Source of the DNA: Felis catus | Taxonomy: Eukaryota | Assembly: GCF_018350175.1 (NCBI RefSeq) | Contig: NC_058381.1 | Coordinates: 11,780,001 to 11,844,000, forward strand | Direction: 5' to 3' | DNA: 64,000 nucleotides | Part shown: positions 13,205 to 25,204 of the stretch, piece after piece | How the letters are laid out: each line of letters begins with the position of its first letter | Numbering within the stretch: the stretch's first letter is position 1 | Made by a program: the position numbers and the translations under genes | The notes under the pieces: model-generated | Databases searched by the model: none | Told to the model about the DNA's origin: nothing | Seen by the model: only the letters and a program-made list of their open reading frames with translations

Positions 13205-13550
13205 TTAAATAAGATTAGCTGCTATAACGAGGAAACCCCGAAGTCTCAGGGTACAGCACTGTGAAGATTTATTTCTTGTTCGTGTGAGTTGGGTGTGGGC
13301 TGGTGGGAGCTGGTGAGCACATGGGGGTCAGCTTGGTGCAGCCTTTCCGTCTTGTGGCTCTGCTTCCTCTAGGTAGGTCTTCGGGATCCTCTCATTCAGC
13401 AGGGAGATGGGGAAGGAGAGATGAGGCCGGCACATAGGAGGGTCTTTGGCCTGGGAGCGATGTCATCACTTCCTCTCACGTTCCATTGGCCGGAACTTGG
13501 TCACGTGGCCATCCCTTACAGCAAGGGAGGCTGGGAAATGGAGTCTCGTT
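13205..13550 (-). mobile_element. MLT1-type LTR remnant
   Basis: ccattggccggaacttggtcacgtggcc..gcaagggaggctgggaaatg. Confidence 0.65.
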
Positions 13551-13789
13551 GTGTGCCCAGAGATATTGTGGACACTTGTTGGCCCTCAGAGGTGATGGCC
13601 AGCGGTCTCCCTTCGTCATCTCTCCAAGCCCCTGTCTACAGCTTTTTCTCCTCACAGAGCAGCCAGTCAAGGCCCTTGGAGCACCTGGACCTTCCCAACA
13701 TAAACACCTGAGCATGGGCCATCTCCAGGAAGCCCACTTGACCGGGGAAGGGCCCTCTTCTCTGGAGCCACCCACACCTGGGGTTAGAA

Positions 13790-14002
13790 CAGGGTTTCTC
13801 AACCTCGGCACTATTCTGTTTTGGCTTAGATGGCTTTTGGTGGTGGGGCTATCCTGCACACGGTAGGATGTGAGCACCGTGCCTGTCCTCCACCCACAAG
13901 ATGTCCATAGCACCTCCCAGCTGTGACAACCAAGTCTCCAGGCGTTGCCCAATGTCCCTGGGGGTGTGTATGTGGCAAAATCGTACCTGGTTGAGAACGC
14001 TG
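13790..14002 (-). mobile_element. Full-length MER20
   Basis: Ends cagggtttctcaacc and ggttgagaacgctg; 8-bp flanks with central TA. Confidence 0.88.
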
Positions 14003-15585
14003 CATTAGGAGATGCCAGAACTTTAGATAAAAAAGGCTGCCTTCTCCTTGGTGGACGGCTGAGGTGCAAGGAGGGAGAGGCACACGTTGTGTCCTGGCAC
14101 GTCTGTGGCAGCAGAAAATAAAACCAAGATGGCAACTCACTTACCAGAAAATCATAGTTAAAATAACAACGAGATGAGATTAACATTGTAACGAGGTCTC
14201 TGTAGGGCTGGGCGTGTTCCAAAGGCAGGACCGTCAGGTCAACTGCACAGGATCAGGGCACTTTTCAAAGGAGGAGGCACTTCAACCAGGTCACAGGCTG
14301 GAGGACTTTGCCCAAAGGCCTTCGGTGGGTCTCTAAAGGCATCACGGTGCATTCTGGGAGTTGGAGGTGCTTTGATGTGACTGGAGTAGGAGTGGGTCCT
14401 TGTGAGCTACCTCGTCCAAGAGTCTGCCTTCATGCTGGGTTTAGCCCCCGCCTCTCTGTCCCTATTGTCCCCGTACAGGCCGACTGTACCATTGGTCACC
14501 CTGCAATGATTTGCTTCTTCTCTAAACCCTGTCTTTTGTCCTACTGTGTCCCAGTGCTGTGCACATAGTAGGTGCTCAGGCTACTGAATGAATGAAGCAA
14601 TCAATCAATAAATGAAGGAACTGATCCAGCACAACAAGACTGAACTTTGGTCTGTGCGGTAAGGAGCCATTGCAGGGTTTTGAGCAGGGGAGTTGCCTGC
14701 TGTTGGGTGGAGGCAGGGAGGCCAGCTGTGGTGACTGTTCAGGTGGGAGCTGATCAGGGCCGAGAAGAGCTCTTTCAGAGAAACGGTTGTTGATGACTGA
14801 TTCGTTGTGGCAGGGAGGGAGAGAGGGAGGAGTCTGGGTGGTGCAGAGAATGGGGGCCTAGGGTCACGGACTAGGAGTGGAGGGGGCTGGGAGCGAGGTG
14901 CCTGGAAGACCACACACCCCCTTGTGGGGAGGAGTCCAGTGGGTGGGAGAGTCTGGGGTCTGAAAGGGAAGTTCAACTGAGCAATGGAAAATTAGGAGTC
15001 ATTCACGTGTAGTGGCTGGAAGAACAAACACGTAATTCCACTTTTCAGAAGCTGGCTGTAGCTGTTTCTGCAAACACACAAGGCAGTCGCAGCCCTGATG
15101 TTCTGAGAAAGAGCAACTTTCCTTTGGAAGAATAGTCGAAAGAGCTCTTGGCTGGGTTACAGGTCTTGGGTTTGCCTGGAAGCAAGGTCGAAGGGGGAGA
15201 AGTGCTCCATTTCCCCCAGAGATGGGGAATGGGTGTGTGTATGTGAAAACGCCGGAGGGCAGGAGCAGGCCGTTAAGAGACAGGGTTTCCTCAGAGACAG
15301 GGGCTGACACCCTTGAGAAGCTGAGATGGCCAACATTCCGTTTTAAATGACTCCTCCTGTGTAATTACCCTTGACGTTTGAACTCCATAATAGAAAGCTA
15401 AATAACCCAATTAGAAATGGGCAAAGGATCTGAACAGGCATTTCTCCAAAGGAGATAAACAGATAGCTGATAGCACAGGAAAAGATGCTCAACATCATTA
15501 GCCGTTAGGGAAATACAGATCAAAACCACAAGGAGATACCGCTTCACACCTAGGAGAAGGGCGAGTATCAAAAAGACAGAAACAA

Positions 15586-15810
15586 GGGGTGCCTGGGTGG
15601 CTCAGTTGGTTAAGTGTCCAACTTCAGCTCTGGTCATGAGCTCACAATCTGTGAGTTCAAGCCCCGCATTGGGCTCTCTGCTGACAGCTCAGAGCCTGGA
15701 GCTTGCTTGCTTCAGATTCTGTGCCTCCCTCTTTCTCTGCCCCTCCCCTGCTCATGCTCTGTCTGTCTCTCTCAAAAATGAGTAAACATTTTTAAAATTA
15801 AAAAAAAAAA
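15586..15810 (+). mobile_element. Can-SINE inserted in L1
   Basis: Degenerate TSD aaaag(a/g)cagaaac. Confidence 0.9.
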
Positions 15811-16443
15811 AAGGCAGAAACGAGCACGTGTTGTTGAGGCTGGGGAGGAGTTGGAGCCCTCACGAACTGCTGGTGGGAATGTAACATGGGGTAGCCACTG
15901 TGCAAAACAGTCTGGAAGTTTCTCAAAAGCCTCAGTATGACTCAACAATTTCACTGCTAGAGAACACCCAAGAGAAATGAAAATGGAATCCATTAAAAAA
16001 AGAAACAAATAAAACCAATCAACCTGTACATGAAATGTCCACGGCAGCATTATTCACAACGGCCAAAATACGGAAACAACCCAGTATCCAGCAACGGATG
16101 AACGGATGAACAGAATGTGGTATGGCCATACGGCGGAATATGATTCAGTCATAGAAAGGCATGAAATACTGATACGTGCTCCCATGTGGATGGACCTCAG
16201 AAACATTATGCTGAGCAAAATAAGCCAGACACAAAAGGTCACACGTGTTGTGTGATTCTTCCAGAAGATGCGAATCTGTAGAGACAGAAGGTAGGTTAGT
16301 GGCTGCCAGGGGCTGGGGTGGGGACGGGGTGCAGGGTGACGGCTACGTGGGGTGATGGAAATGTTCTGGAATTAGATCGTCACACGGCATTGTGAATGTG
16401 ACTAAAAATGACTGACCAGTACACTTTAAAATGGTTAAAATAG

Positions 16444-16986
16444 TTCTTTGAGGAAGATGGGGTGGCAGCTGCAGCAGAGGTGGGGTTACCTACTCCTGCC
16501 CCTGCCTCCCTTCTGTTCCCTCTCCCCGAGGAATGAGGAATGAGGAACCGGTCAGTCAGGAGGCCACAGCACGGCTTCCGCTTCTTGAGATAGTGGAAAG
16601 ACAGCCGCGGAACCAAGGTGGTGGATCACCAAATTAGGATGACTCTGAGCAGCCATAACGTAAAATCTTTGGAGAAGGTGTGTGCTAACTTGAGCAGAGG
16701 TGCAAAGGAAAAGAATCTCACTGTGGAGGGACCAGTTTGAATACCTACCAAGGCTGTGAGAAACACTGCAAGAAAAACTGTCCGTGCTGAAGGTTCTAAG
16801 ACTTGGGGTCTTTGCCAGATGAGGACCCGCAAGCCGCTCACTGGTTGACATTGTCCTGCGGCTGCTCGGCAGACATAACCTCCATCAGCAGCGAGCCAGC
16901 GGTCAAGGTTGAAGTGACCACTGCAGGTGCTTTAAGCGGCATTTCTCATACATCGATTACCAATTGTTAAAAAAAGAAAAGAAAAG
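16444..16986 (+). pseudogene. RPS20: Full-length processed pseudogene of 40S ribosomal protein S20
   Basis: Frame reads ..[81 protein letters not shown]. Intronless, 5'UTR starts ttctttgaggaag, 3'UTR ends ccaattgtt plus A-rich tail, TSD aaaatggttaa (16428-38 / 16987-97). Stops at 16738 and 16846; no intact ATG. Confidence 0.93.
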
Positions 16987-16997
16987 AAAATGGTTAA

Positions 16998-17204
16998 GGG
17001 GCACCTGGGTGGCTCCGTTGGTTAAGTGTCTGACTCTTGATTTTGGCTCAGGTCATGATCTCATGATTCGTGAGTTCAAGCCCTGTGCTGGGCTCTGCTC
17101 TGACAGTGCAGAGCCTGCTTGGGATTCTCTCCCTCCCTCTCTCTCTGTCCCTCCCCTGTTCGCACTCTCTCTCTCAAAATAAATAAATAAACTTTAAAAG
17201 AAAG
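16998..17204 (+). mobile_element. Can-SINE inserted at the RPS20 retrocopy tail
   Basis: TSD aaagaaaagaaaatggttaa (16978-97 / 17205-24). Confidence 0.9.
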
Positions 17205-17256
17205 AAAGAAAAGAAAATGGTTAATAAAATGAAGTTTATCTCAACACAAAAAAACT

Positions 17257-17352
17257 TCTTAAAGTAGGTTCCGTGCCCAGTGTGGGGCTTGAACTCATGA
17301 CCCCGAGATCAAGAGCTGTGTGCTCCACCTACCGAACCACCCAGATCCCCCC
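17257..17352 (-). mobile_element. Short old Can-SINE
   Basis: ggggcttgaactcatgaccccgagatcaagag. Confidence 0.75.
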
Positions 17353-17885
17353 TGCCAATATTTTTAAAGTATATGGGAAGTCTCTGTACTTTCTGCTCAC
17401 TTTCCCCAGAAAGCTAAAAGTACTCTAAGGTGTATTAATTAACAAAACACACAGAAAAACACGAGGTGGCCATGAAGGGTAGGAAAGCTGTAGCCTCGGG
17501 CCCCGTGGCACCACCTGCAAGCTACTAGGCATGGGGACCCCCTCCCTGTGCATCTACTGTTGTCACCGCCAGCCTGCACCTCCCTGGCCCCGCCACGGTT
17601 CGCCCCTTCCTCTTTCTGAATGACCGAGCTTCCCTTTGGTCAGCAGAGGCTGCCTACAGAGAGCCCATCAAAGGGCTTGTTTGTTGCCTTTGACCCTCAT
17701 GACAAGCCCGTGAGGAATCGAGGGTTCAGGGAGGTCAGGACATTTGCCCAGGATCAATGAGTGGTTAAGTGGCAGAGCCTGGCTGGGACCTCGGGTGTGT
17801 CCGGTCCCAGTGTGCACAGGAGAGGGGCGTTGCCGTTGGGTCAGTTCCCAGGCAGCCCCTGGACAGCAATGCCCTGAGTCTGGAG

Positions 17886-18106
17886 ACAATACACCCACTG
17901 GCCTGGAGACACAGATGCACACTCACACATTCTGACACATGGACGTATACTCCCCCCTGCACGGATCACACCTACACACACCCGCTGGCACCGAGATACA
18001 GGCAAGCACACATGGACACACACCTGCACTCACACTGAAACAGTCGCATCCACGTGTGAACTAGACACGCACTCGCATAGATGCTGAAGCACATTCGCCC
18101 ACCTGG

Positions 18107-18148
<42 letters not shown>

Positions 18149-18250
18149 CGAAACGGACATTTATACCTACACAGTGAGACATAGACCCAGACAACTCATA
18201 CACACACAGACACGTACAAGTGCAGAAACACAGACCCAAACAGTAACACA
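17886..18250. repeat. CA-rich low-complexity tract with perfect (AC)n at about 18109-18146
   Basis: Read directly from the sequence. Confidence 0.9.
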
Positions 18251-18370
18251 TTCCCATGAGGGGCTGGGCTCGGTAGCTGGGCTCCAGCCTGCAATTTAAA
18301 AGTGCTGATTACCTAAGTCCTGGGCTGGAGGAGAGGGAAACAGGCTGGCTCTGAGTTTCCCGTGGCCTGT

Positions 18371-18385
18371 GGGTCACTTTGACCC
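18371..18385. promoter_or_regulatory. Perfect palindromic estrogen response element
   Basis: GGGTCActtTGACCC. Confidence 0.55.
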
Positions 18386-18825
18386 GGCCAGGCCTCACCA
18401 CAGGCACTTAGCCATCTGGTGCCCAGGCAGCCGGTTCCAGCTGCTCTCACTGGGGAGAGTAGGAATCAGGGAGAGGGCAACTCGGGGACCAGGGCGGAGT
18501 GCTCCTAGGGGCCGCTCCCCTTAACCTAGGGCCACGTCTCCTTCCAATTCCTTAACCTCAGACTGTCAGAGTCCTTGAGTGTGGCGGTTACTGAATCCTG
18601 ACGGTCACAGCTAACGGTAATAGCAGCAGCAGTGACAGCATTACTGAAGAGCATCGATTTGCTAAACATCTTCTGTGCACCAAGCACTGTGCTGAGAGCA
18701 TTATCACCTTTGACCCTCACAACAAGCTTAGAAGATCAGTACTAGCCTCGTACCATTACGCTGATGAGGACACAGAGGTCAGCAGAGGCAAAACACCCTG
18801 CCCAAGCTGGTCTTAGAACCCAGGT

Positions 18826-19230
18826 TGTATCAGTCAGCTCTTGCTACAATAATGCTGCATAACAAACCAGCCCGGACGCAGGGGCTTACGGAGAGCGTTT
18901 ATGCTCCTGTACGTGTCTGTGGGGTGAGGGTAGGTTGGCTGGTCTAGTGTGAGCTGGTCTCCTCCATGTTGGTTTGTTCTGGGGCTCAGGCTAAAGGGGC
19001 GGTGGTCACCCAGGATTTGTGCTTCTCATGGTAGGTCACCACAGCACCAGAGGGCAGAGCATACCGCACAAGCCCATTTGAGGGCTCTGTTTATGTTATA
19101 CCCATTCCTGTTCCATTAGCCAAAGCAAGCCGCCTAGGCCCAAAGTCAATGGCGCGGGGAAGTCTGCTCTCCCCACAACGGGAGGGGAAGAATGAGGGTG
19201 AATACCCGCTGAGCGACAATTCAATCTCAC
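18826..19230 (-). mobile_element. MLT1-type LTR
   Basis: tgtatcagtcagct..aatgctgcataacaaacca..ccattagccaaagcaag. Confidence 0.7.
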
Positions 19231-20109
19231 GCTCAGGTTTAACTCCGAAACCCCGGGCTCACCACCCGTATGTGACGTTGCCTCCGTGGGCGGATAGCCT
19301 TGCACAGGATGGGACATTAAGGGTCAGGCTTCCTGGGGTGGAGGTCCTGGCTCCGACACTTCCTGGCTGTTGCTTAAGCTTTCTGGGCCTCACTTTTCTC
19401 ATCTGTGCGACGGGTTGTGTGCAGTACCAATGGGATGATGTAGATCAAGTGCTTGCTACGAGGCCAGCACGTGGGAAGCCTTCAGCAGACAGCAGCTGAT
19501 GTTACTGGCTGTTGTCTCTAGCCGTTCTCGCCTGGGGGCCGCAACCCCCTTCCCAGAGCCATTTGGAAATGTTTGGGGGGACGGGTATTTCAAAGCGAGG
19601 GCCGGGGACACTCCATGTTTGCAAGACCCGCCCACACCGCAAAAAATGGTCTGGCTCAAATGCTGAGTGCCCTCCTCCGGAAACCGGACAGATTCTCACG
19701 CGGGCACTTCGTGTCACAGATGGAGAGATCGCCTGAGGAGGGGTGGGGGCTAGACCGGGAGGTGGCCTTGGGGTTCCTCGGTAAATACAGCATGTCAGCT
19801 TGCCGCTGGGATGCCATGTACCAAGGACGCATGGAGCAGGCAGCAGGGTCACTGGTGAGGGGGTGGGATGACAGCTTTCCCGGGGGTGGCCCCGCCGGAA
19901 CTCAGCTGTACCTGCGCTACTCTCCTGAACAGGGCTGCCAAGCCCCAGTTTTATGAAAACAAGAACACGCCAGCGGGTGACGACACGCACACCTCTGCGG
20001 AGGAGCGATCAGACGCTCACAGCGATCAAAGCTCACGGCCCCAGGATGGGCAGCGACACCACCACACGCGGGGGGGGGGGGGGGGGGGAGGAGGCGGGGC
20101 GCAGCCGCA

Positions 20110-20862
20110 CTTCGGTGACGTCCTGGCCGCCAGAGGCACAGCCTCGGGGAATCATGGGAGACAAAACCCACCCGAGGGGCAGTCTGCAAAATACCCTGTG
20201 TTCTCCCAAAGTGTCAGTGTCGTGAAAGACAAGGTCAGGCGAAAGGAATGTTCCACATCAAAGCCGGCGGAAGGCAACACGTGGTCCTGCGCTGGAGCCT
20301 GGCTCTGATGAGAAAACGCACCAGGAAGGATGTTTTCGGGACAATCGGTGAAATTCGAATGTGACCTATATGTTGGATATGATCTTGTAGCAATAATACA
20401 CTTCCTGATTTGGGTCACAGTCTCGAGGTTTCGTAGGAAAACATCTTTGTTCTTAGGAAATAGCCACTGAAGTATTTAGCGCGAAGAGTCTGCAATTTAC
20501 TTTCAAATAGTTGATAAAAAAAAAAAAAATGATTACATATGGGGTGCTTGGGTGGCTCAGTTGGTTAAGCATTCGACTTTGGCTCAGGTCATGATCTCAC
20601 TATTGGTGAGTTCGAGCCCCACATCAGGCTCGGAGCCTGGAGCCTGCTTCAGATTCTGTGTCTCCTTCTCTCTCTGGCCCTCCCCCACTCTTACTCTCTC
20701 TCTCTCTCAAAAATAAATAAACATTAAAAAAACAATTACATATAAACAGACAAGGCAAATGCTGGGAAACGATAATAGGCAAACCTAGGTGAAAGGTATA
20801 TCGGTTTATTGTATAATTCCTGCAAGTTTTTGGTGGGTTGGGAAATTTTCCAGGTAAAAAAG
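20110..20862 (+). mobile_element. Old L1MC/ME-like 3' UTR
   Basis: gttcttaggaaatagccactgaagtatttag..tctgcaatttactttcaaatagtt. Confidence 0.65.
20541..20732 (+). mobile_element. Can-SINE inserted in L1 3' end
   Basis: Flanked by attacatat repeats. Confidence 0.88.
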
Positions 20863-20943
20863 TTTTTAATCACTTAAAATGTGCAGCAGTCTGGTTCGTG
20901 TCATTGAGAAGTTCAAGAGATTGTTAAAGAGTAAGGCTCATGA

Positions 20944-21181
20944 GGGGCGCCTGGGTGGCGCAGTCGGTTAAGCGTCCGACTTCAGCCAGGTCACGATCTC
21001 GCGGTCTGTGAGTTCGAGCCCTGCGTCAGGCTCTGGGCTGATGGCTCGGAGCCTGGAGCCTGTTTCCGATTCTGTGTCTCACTCTCTCTCTGCCCCTCCC
21101 CCGTTCATGCTCTGTCTCTCTCTGTCCCAAAAATAAATAAAAACGTTGAAAAAAAAAATTTAAAAAAAAAAAACAAGAAAA
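20944..21181 (+). mobile_element. Young SINEC_Fc-type SINE
   Basis: 18-bp TSD aaagagtaaggctcatga (20926-43 / 21182-99), long A tail. Confidence 0.95.
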
Positions 21182-21442
21182 AAAGAGTAAGGCTCATGAG
21201 TCTTTTTGAAAGAAGGCACAGGAAGTGCATTGGTAAATAGTGCAAATAAGCAGTATTCTAATCAGAAAGAAAAGCACTTGGGGAAAATGCCCAAAATTGT
21301 AAATAATGGGAGAAAGAAACCAAATTAAGTAAGGTATAACTATTCAACTATTAAATCAATGTAAATATGTTTGGAATAATAATATTCGCTGCGGGCAGGT
21401 CAGGGAAATGGAAACTTCACCCTTCTGCAGAGGCACAAAGCC

Positions 21443-21895
21443 TTATTTATTTTTTATTGAAGTATAGGTGATGCACGATGTTGTGTTAGTCTCAGGTGTA
21501 TGACATCGTGATAGGACAAGTCTGTCCACGTGCTGTGCTCACCGCCAAGTGTAGCGACCGTGGGTCACCATCCATCGCTATTTTTTTCAACCCCACTGAC
21601 TGTATTCCCTATGCTGTGCCTTTTGTCCCGGTGACTTCTTCATTCCAGAGCTGGAAGCCTGTATCTCCCTCTCCCTCTTCACCCCCTTTGGCTCATCCCC
21701 CCCACAGCTCCCTCTCCCCTCTGGCAACCATTGATTTGTTCTCTCTATTTATGGATGTTTCTGCTTCTTGTTTGTTGGTTCATTTGTTTTGTTCTTTGGA
21801 TTCTGCATATAAGTGGAATCATATGGCCTTTGTCTTTCTCTGTCTGACTCATTTCTCTTAGCAGAATGCCTTCTAGGTTCATCCATGTCGCTGCA
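21443..21895 (-). mobile_element. Carnivore L1 3' end (L1_Carn-like), 5'-truncated
   Basis: ttttattgaagtatag..catataagtggaatcatatgg..tctaggttcatccatgt. Confidence 0.8.
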
Positions 21896-22392
21896 CTCCT
21901 TGGGAAAGGAGTCTGGCTGTCTGGACCCTTTGCCTCTGGGGGTGAATCCTAAGGAAATAATCCTAAACCAGACTTCACACATTAAGATGACCCATGTGCC
22001 CCAAGAGGCAATGTCTTTGCTGAGGCCTGGCAACCCTTAGTTCTCATTGCTTCCCCGCCTCCTTTCTGGGTGCACCCCTGCTGAGATTTCCAAGTCACCT
22101 TCTAGCATTTGGGGCCACGGCTGCCTGTTCCTGTACCCGTGGCAGCCCCTGTTTGCCTCCCCAGCACTCAGTAGCACTCAGAGCTCCGCCCCCACCCCCA
22201 CCAGAGTGTTTCTGGAACCAAGCCAATAAATGGGAAATGCCATCTTCTCCTGGAGTCTGGTCGCTCGCCATTCCCCGGCCACCGTTGCTTGATTGGGGTG
22301 GGTCACCTGACCCAAAGGTATAGTTCTCACACCCTCAGCCACCTGGATGGACACCTGGCTCGCGTGGAAGCAAATGGATCTCATTTCTGAGG

Positions 22393-22692
22393 TTTATTAT
22401 TTTTTAGGATTTTATTTTTCAAATGTTTAATTTTGAGAGAGAGAGAGAGCGAGCAGGGGAGCAGCAGAGACAGAGGGGGACAGAGGATCCGAAGCAGGCT
22501 CCATGCTGACAGCCCGACGCAGGGGCTCAAACCCATGAACTGTGAGATCATGACCTGAGCTGAAGTCGGACGCTCAACCGACTGAACCACCCAGTCGCCC
22601 CTTTTAGGATTTTATGTTTAAGTAATCTCTACACACAATGTGGAGCTCGAATTCACAACCTGGGGATCAAGAGTCGCCAGCCAGGTGTCCCT
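22393..22692 (-). mobile_element. Can-SINE (22416-22601) nested in the tail of an older short SINE
   Basis: TSD ttttaggattttat (22402-15 / 22602-15). Confidence 0.85.
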
Positions 22693-22921
22693 CATCTTTG
22701 GGGTTTAAAAAACAAACGTATTATCTAATTTCCAGACGTTGGGAGATGTTCCAAACATTGGGATTTGCTTGCTAGCTTAATCCCAGTGTTTAGGAAAATA
22801 AACTATGTGATTGGAATCCCTTGAAATCTGTTGAGATTTGCTTTATGCCCCAGCATATGGTTGATTTTGGCAAATGTTGTATATGACCTTGAAAAGAATG
22901 TATGTTTTGCACTTGCTGGAA

Positions 22922-22925
<4 letters not shown>

Positions 22926-22965
<40 letters not shown>

Positions 22966-23424
22966 TAGGCTCCACGCCCAACATGGGGCTTGAACTCACG
23001 ACCCTGGGGTGGAGTCAGGTATTCTACTGATTGAGCCTGCCAGGTACCCTGAGGGCCATTTCTGAGGAGATCACGGTATAGAGTTGGCTCCTCACGTTCA
23101 AATGTGTAGCCCCACAGGGTTTTTTCCTGCTTTTTCCCTCAGTTACCGAGACAAACATTTTAACCCCACAAGATTTTATTAGTTTCACCATCTAATTTAT
23201 TTTATTTATTTATAATGTTTTTTATTTTTGAGAGAGAGAGAGAGAGAGCAAGCGAGCATGCGTGGGGGAGGGGCAGAGAGAGAGGGAGACACAGATTCGG
23301 AAACAGGCTCCAGGCTCCGAGCTGTCAGCGCAGAGCCTAACTCGGGGCTTGATCTCGAGAGCCGTGAGACGGTGACCTGAGCCCAAATCGAGTTGGATGC
23401 TTAACTGAGCCACCCAGGCGCCCC
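22926..23424 (-). mobile_element. Two Can-SINEs (22926-23049 with long poly-T; 23194-23424)
   Basis: Consensus matches. Confidence 0.85.
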
Positions 23425-24230
23425 CCTCCTTGTTTCCATTTTTGAGGGACGACTTCACTGGACTAGAATTCAGTTTTGGCCTTCCTTCACCCACCTGACC
23501 TGAGAAGAGGTCAGTGTGGCTGGAATACAGACACAAGAACTGGAATGGCGGGGCCATATGGGACCTCTGGAGGCCATGGTGAGGAGTGATGACTTACCTC
23601 AGTCCTTCGAGGAGTAGTCAGGCTTCTTAGAAACGATGAAACTTTAACTGGACCTTGAAGGGTGGATGTGATGGAAAGAGATAGGAGCAGAAGCACGATG
23701 TGTTTTGAGCATTGAGTATTTGGATAAGTGCTGATCCTGCACTGGGTCCTGTGCTGGGCTTCTTAGGTCATTTCCTCCATCCTAGGGAGGCAGGGTTGCA
23801 CACTGGTAAAAGGCCAGGGCTGGCTTTGGGCTGGCTGGCTTGAAGCGCATCACTGACTCAGCTGTCTGCCTGTGGGCCGGTCCCTTCCCCAGAAGTTGGT
23901 TCCCTCATTTGGAAAGCCAGAATAACACTCCCCGCCTCACAGGGCAGTTCCGAGGCTTAAGCTGAGTCTGTAGCTTTGTAAGAGCTTGAAGAGCTTGGCT
24001 GTTTGTTTTAATTGGTAGAGTTTTCTCTTCTGCTGAGCATCAGAGAGGGTAAGTCACTTGCCCCAGGCCCACAGCCAGAAAGTTGGGGGGGAGGGGGACT
24101 TCCGGTCTCACTTGATGCTTTGATTTCCTGCTCACAGATCCCATCCCTCTCCGCTTTCCATGGACAGGGTCACTGGGGCCCAGAAAAGTGGTTTGCCCAA
24201 GAACACCCCAAATGTGGGAGTGGTAGAACC

Positions 24231-24700
24231 ATTCATTCATTCATTCATTCATTCATTCCTTCCTTCCTTATTGAGTGCCTGCTTTATGCCAGGCATGATC
24301 CAGATGCCACGGAGAAAGTTGTGTATAAAAGGGATAAGAATCTCCATCCTCGTGAAGCTCACATTCTAGCGAGAGGGACAGATACTACACAGAATAAATA
24401 AGCAAACTAAATCAATTTGTTAGATGACTATAGGGGCTGTGGAGGGAAATAAAGTTGGGAAGAGGATGGAGACTGGAGGGGGAGGTTGACATGTTCACAG
24501 AGCAGAAAGGTGATACTCGACCTGAAGGAGGTGAGGGAGGGAGCTCTGAGGACATTGAGGGAGCAGCATTCCAGGCAGAAGGCGCAAGGCAGCGTGTGCA
24601 AAGGCCCTGAGGCGAGGGTGTGCCTGGGGTGTTCCAGGAACCACAGAGAGGCCAGCAGGAAGGCAGGAGTTGTCTGCTCTGTGGACGCTGAGGGGTCAGG
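24231..24700 (-). mobile_element. L2 3' end
   Basis: (attc)n followed by ttattgagtgcc..tgccaggca..gctcacattctag. Confidence 0.7.
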
Positions 24701-24991
24701 GATGCCCTGCTAGTACCCACTCCTTGCTGGCCTTCAATGGATGGATTCAGGTGAGCCCTCTTCTCAGCCATAGGAGGTCACTGGGAGAGAGGCTCCTTCC
24801 TGAGCCTGGGGAGGAAGGGAGGGTTTACTCATTACCACTAGCACTGCCCTGCCCCAGCTCCCACCCCGGCTCCCGCTGAACCTGCTCCTCTCTGGTTCCT
24901 GGACACTCCTCGGGCACAGTGGGGACAGGGGGGCCTGAATACAGGAGGGAGGTATTGGGCATTGTGGCTATGGCTCCTCATTACCCTCCTG

Positions 24992-25204
24992 TTTTTATTT
25001 TTATTTATGTATTTTGAGACAGAGTGCGTGCGTGTGGCGGGGTGGGGGGGGGCGTGGGGTGATAGAGGGACAGAGAGCGAGAATCCCAAGCAGACTTCAT
25101 GCTAATCGATAAGCCTGACACAGAGGCTAGATCTCATGACCATGTGATCATGACCTGAGCCGAAATCAAGAGTGGGATGCTTAACTGAACCACCCAGGCG
25201 CCCC
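24992..25204 (-). mobile_element. Older Can-SINE
   Basis: gagaatcccaagcag..tgacctgagccgaaatcaagag..caggcgcccc. Confidence 0.85.

Larger units (their letters stand above)
15393..17250 (+). mobile_element. Old L1M (L1MB-like) ORF2 end and 3' UTR, host to two SINEs and the RPS20 retrocopy
   Basis: aatgggcaaaggatctgaacaggcatttctccaaa..gatgctcaacatcattag..tacactttaaaatggttaa. Confidence 0.85.

Noticed and set aside
16444-16986. RPS20 copy as a functional retrogene
   Set aside because: No intact start, two in-frame stops, indels and many replacements in a normally near-invariant protein.
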